From positions 1-53,647 of the forward strand of contig JAHJJH010000240.1 in assembly GCA_018823105.1 (NCBI GenBank): a DNA stretch of 53,647 bases, read 5' to 3'. The first letter of the stretch is position 1, and every line of letters begins with the position of its first letter. The DNA is from Verrucomicrobiota bacterium (GTDB taxonomy: Bacteria; Verrucomicrobiota; Kiritimatiellia; CAIQIC01; JAGNIJ01). A model generated the notes under the pieces. That model searched no databases. It saw only the letters and a program-made list of their open reading frames with translations, and had not been told where the DNA came from. Below are positions 51,508 through 53,647 of the stretch, piece after piece. The position numbers were made by a program, and so were the translations under genes.

Positions 51508-52674
51508 ATGAAACGTCTCATTTTTGCCCCGGGCATCTGTCAGATCATAAACGCCGCCGCGGCGTTGGCCCAGGAACGCGCGGATGGGGGCGGGGGGGCG
51601 GGGCACGAGGACGTGCTGGTGCTCTACGGCAGCTATCCGTTCTCGGACATGTCCCGTGCCATGGAGCAGGCAGCGCGGTGCGCCTGGAACTGGCGGGACA
51701 TCCGGTGGGCGGAGGAGGTTTTGGTTTGTCATTTCCCGACCCGCCGCTTCGCGCCCATCGCGAGGCAGGTTCTTCATGAGAAACTTGGTTCCACGGCGGA
51801 CGAAGTGTGGGTGTCCAAGCTGGGGCTGGAGCCGGCGAAACTGGTTCTCCGCGCTTACCCGGAAAGCCGGGTGGTCCTGTATGAGGACGGCGCGGAGGAG
51901 TTTATTCCCCAGGAGATCTTGTGCGGCATGTCGCGCCTGAAGCGGTTGAAGCCTTCCGGCTGGCCCGGGGGGCTGTGGAGGGAACTCGGGCACTGGGCGC
52001 CGGATCCCGAATGCCTGGACCTGGATGGCGTCTGCACCCGGGACCGCCGCCGTGCGACCGTGCTGTATTCCTTCCTTGAGCAGTACTTGGGCCTTCCTTC
52101 GTACCTGGCGGGTGTTCCTGTTGTGCGTGTGTCCGGCGAGATTTTGAAAGAGCGCCTGCAGGCCCTGACGCCGCTGCTCGATGCGGCGGCCTGCCGTCAG
52201 CCGGAAAAGCGGCCGGAGGAGGCCGTGGTCCTTTTCCTTCCGCAGCCCTTTGCGGTCCTGTTTCTGACGACGGAGGATGAGTATGCCTTGTATCGGTCCG
52301 CGGTCATGGAAATACTGAAAAAAGGCTACACCATCCTCTGGAAGGAGCACCCGCGCGAGACCACCCCGCTGGCGCCGCGCCTGCAGGAGGAGACCGGCGA
52401 TGAACGTTTGAAAATCCTGCGCGTCCGGCAGCAGATGCCGGTAGAATGCCTGGTGGCGGGGTGGACCCTGGCCGGCGTCGTTTCGGTATCTTCGACCTCG
52501 CTGTTTTATCTGAAGGGATTGTATGGATATCCTGCGTACACGGCCGCCGCGGGGATTGGGATGGACCGATGGCTGAAAAGAACGGATGCCGAACTGGCGC
52601 GAATGTTCGTCCAGACTCTGCCGGGACTGGATCGGTTGCCCCCGGCGGAAGGACGGGAAAAGGATCAACTATGA
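51508..52674 (+). CDS. Putative sialyltransferase-type (CMP-nonulosonate-dependent) glycosyltransferase
   Basis: VLYEDGAEEF (D/E-D/E-G motif) about 155 aa upstream of WKEHPRE (HP motif). This is the arrangement described for bacterial sialyl- and polysialyltransferases. The call rests on motifs only. Confidence 0.5.
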   Translation: MKRLIFAPGICQIINAAAALAQERADGGGGAGHEDVLVLYGSYPFSDMSRAMEQAARCAWNWRDIRWAEEVLVCHFPTRRFAPIARQVLHEKLGSTADEVWVSKLGLEPAKLVLRAYPESRVVLYEDGAEEFIPQEILCGMSRLKRLKPSGWPGGLWRELGHWAPDPECLDLDGVCTRDRRRATVLYSFLEQYLGLPSYLAGVPVVRVSGEILKERLQALTPLLDAAACRQPEKRPEEAVVLFLPQPFAVLFLTTEDEYALYRSAVMEILKKGYTILWKEHPRETTPLAPRLQEETGDERLKILRVRQQMPVECLVAGWTLAGVVSVSSTSLFYLKGLYGYPAYTAAAGIGMDRWLKRTDAELARMFVQTLPGLDRLPPAEGREKDQL

Positions 52675-53150
52675 GCAAAGCTCGCAACTGGTCGGCCATT
52701 AAGTTGCTGGCCCTGGATTTTGACGGAGTGATGACGGACAACCGCGTGCTGGTGGACCAGGAGGGGCGGGAGGCCGTGCTGTGCCATCGCGGGGACGGGC
52801 TGGGGATCGGGATGCTGAAAAAAGCCGGGATCGAAGTGGTCGTGATTTCCATGGAGCCAAATCCGGTGGTGTCCGCGCGGTGCCGGAAACTTAAAATTGA
52901 CTGCATCCAGAAGTGCGAGGAAAAACTCCGCGCGCTTCAGCAGATCGCCGCGGCGCGCGGCCTGAAACCAAGGGACATGGCCTTCGTCGGGAACGACGTC
53001 AATGACCTGGAGTGCCTGCGCTGGGTGGGCCTGCCGATCGCCGTGGCCGATGCCGAGCCCGAGGTGCGGAAGGCCGCGGTCTATGTCACCCGGCGCCCCG
53101 GCGGCTACGGCGCCGTGCGGGAAGTCGCAGAGAAGATTCTTGAGGCCTGA
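52671..53150 (+). CDS. HAD-IIIA phosphatase of the KdsC/YrbI family (Kdo-8-P, Kdn-9-P or Neu-9-P phosphatase type)
   Basis: LLALDFDGVMTDN (DxDxT-like motif I) and FVGNDVNDLEC (motif IV). 159 aa. ATGA overlap with the upstream gene. Confidence 0.85.
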   Translation: MSKARNWSAIKLLALDFDGVMTDNRVLVDQEGREAVLCHRGDGLGIGMLKKAGIEVVVISMEPNPVVSARCRKLKIDCIQKCEEKLRALQQIAAARGLKPRDMAFVGNDVNDLECLRWVGLPIAVADAEPEVRKAAVYVTRRPGGYGAVREVAEKILEA

Positions 53151-53167
53151 GGAGCGAACAAGCGATC

Positions 53168-53188
53168 CCGAACACTGAACACTCCCCA
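53168..53188 (+). repeat. Partial copy of the CYGAACA heptamer tract in the leader of the last gene
   Basis: CCGAACA CTGAACA CTCCCCA. Compare CTGAACA CCGAACA at 3435-3448. Confidence 0.4.
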
Positions 53189-53207
53189 ACCCTTCACAGG
53201 CATCCTT

Positions 53208-53647
53208 ATGATCCGACAAATCGTTGTTTTCCTGTATCACTACCTGCTGGCGGTCGGCGCATGCCTTTACCTGCTGACCGTCGGGGTGTTCCGCTCCGAT
53301 CGCCGGGAAATCCTGCACGAGATCCTGTTCCGCCTGGGCTGGCGAAAACGTCCACCGCCCGAGCCCTCGGGACCGCCCCTGTTGATCCCTCCAATCCAGG
53401 TCCGCGAACTGCTGCCCGCCGAGTCGGTCTTCCGTTTGCTGGAACCCGATACCACCAGCGGTAACGTCTCGGGGTATGAACTGGCGATCATCAACGCGCT
53501 GGTGGTGGCGGTCCGGCCGGCCGCCTGCTTCGAGATCGGCACGTTCGACGGCCGCACCACGATCAACCTGGCGGCCAACGCGCCCGTGGAAGGCCGTATC
53601 TATACGCTGGATCTCCCGCCGGAAGGGCTGGGCCATACGCGCCATTC
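53208..53647 (+). CDS. Class I SAM-dependent O-methyltransferase (Methyltransf_24-like), truncated by the window end
   Basis: My own translation from ATG 53208: MIRQIVVFLYHYLL...CFEIGTFDGRTTINLAANAP...YTLDLPPEG. It is open to the last base and is not in the ORF track because it has no stop. Confidence 0.7.
   Translation, partial: MIRQIVVFLYHYLLAVGACLYLLTVGVFRSDRREILHEILFRLGWRKRPPPEPSGPPLLIPPIQVRELLPAESVFRLLEPDTTSGNVSGYELAIINALVVAVRPAACFEIGTFDGRTTINLAANAPVEGRIYTLDLPPEGLGHTRH

Noticed and set aside
1-53647. Mobile genetic element, prophage or defence island
   Set aside because: No integrase, transposase, recombinase, tRNA attachment site, phage structural gene or recognisable defence-system gene was seen. 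The only hints of horizontal acquisition are compositional (A/T-richer patches by eye) plus the small four-helix-bundle and GxxExxY genes.

Overview
High-GC window in which every gene I can support is on the + strand: about 53 CDS, with no tRNA, rRNA, CRISPR array, transposase or integrase seen. All family calls come from reading motifs in the supplied translations. No HMM or BLAST search was run.

(1) Positions 1-11.5 kb are housekeeping genes of a diderm, LPS-making bacterium:
- a type I-beta DAHP synthase, a DUF3108 protein and a heptose-7-P kinase
- kdsB, kdsA, an lptC-like gene, lptA and lptB
- hpf, hprK, ptsH, ptsI and metK

(2) Positions 11.6 kb to the window end form one very large, co-directional surface-glycan island:
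- Export and initiation: lipoprotein, outer-membrane barrel, Wza-like exporter, Wzc-like tyrosine-kinase co-polymerase, initiating phosphoglycosyl transferase, a NusG paralogue and an FkbM methyltransferase.
- A visibly more A/T-rich regulatory patch with a GbsR/MarR-like regulator and a four-helix-bundle gene.
- An O-antigen-ligase-like membrane protein, then Wzm/Wzt ABC exporter genes split by a GxxExxY gene, then a BNR/sialidase-like lipoprotein.
- A complete pseudaminic-acid set (pseB, pseC, pseG, pseH-like, pseI). Two radical-SAM enzymes, one methyltransferase and one orphan CDS are nested between pseG and pseH. A third radical SAM and a 765-aa orphan lie just after pseI.
- A second module: a SAF-less NeuB-type synthase, a NeuA-type cytidylyltransferase, a class IV aminotransferase, an SDR and a KdsC-type phosphatase.
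- Glycosyltransferases, including three orphans that share a K-x-H-P-R motif typical of CMP-(non)ulosonic-acid transferases.

Non-coding signals:
- a family of GTAG...CTAC REP-like palindromes placed just after stop codons
- unusual 7-nt-periodic, C/A-rich, G-poor tracts immediately upstream of several start codons, with related tandem repeats in frame inside wzt and pseC
- a pseudoknot-capable structured spacer upstream of pseG
- a perfect 16-bp palindrome in front of the regulator

The most novel candidate is the dual ulosonic-acid glycan island with radical-SAM and B12 tailoring. The phylum cannot be determined from the sequence alone.
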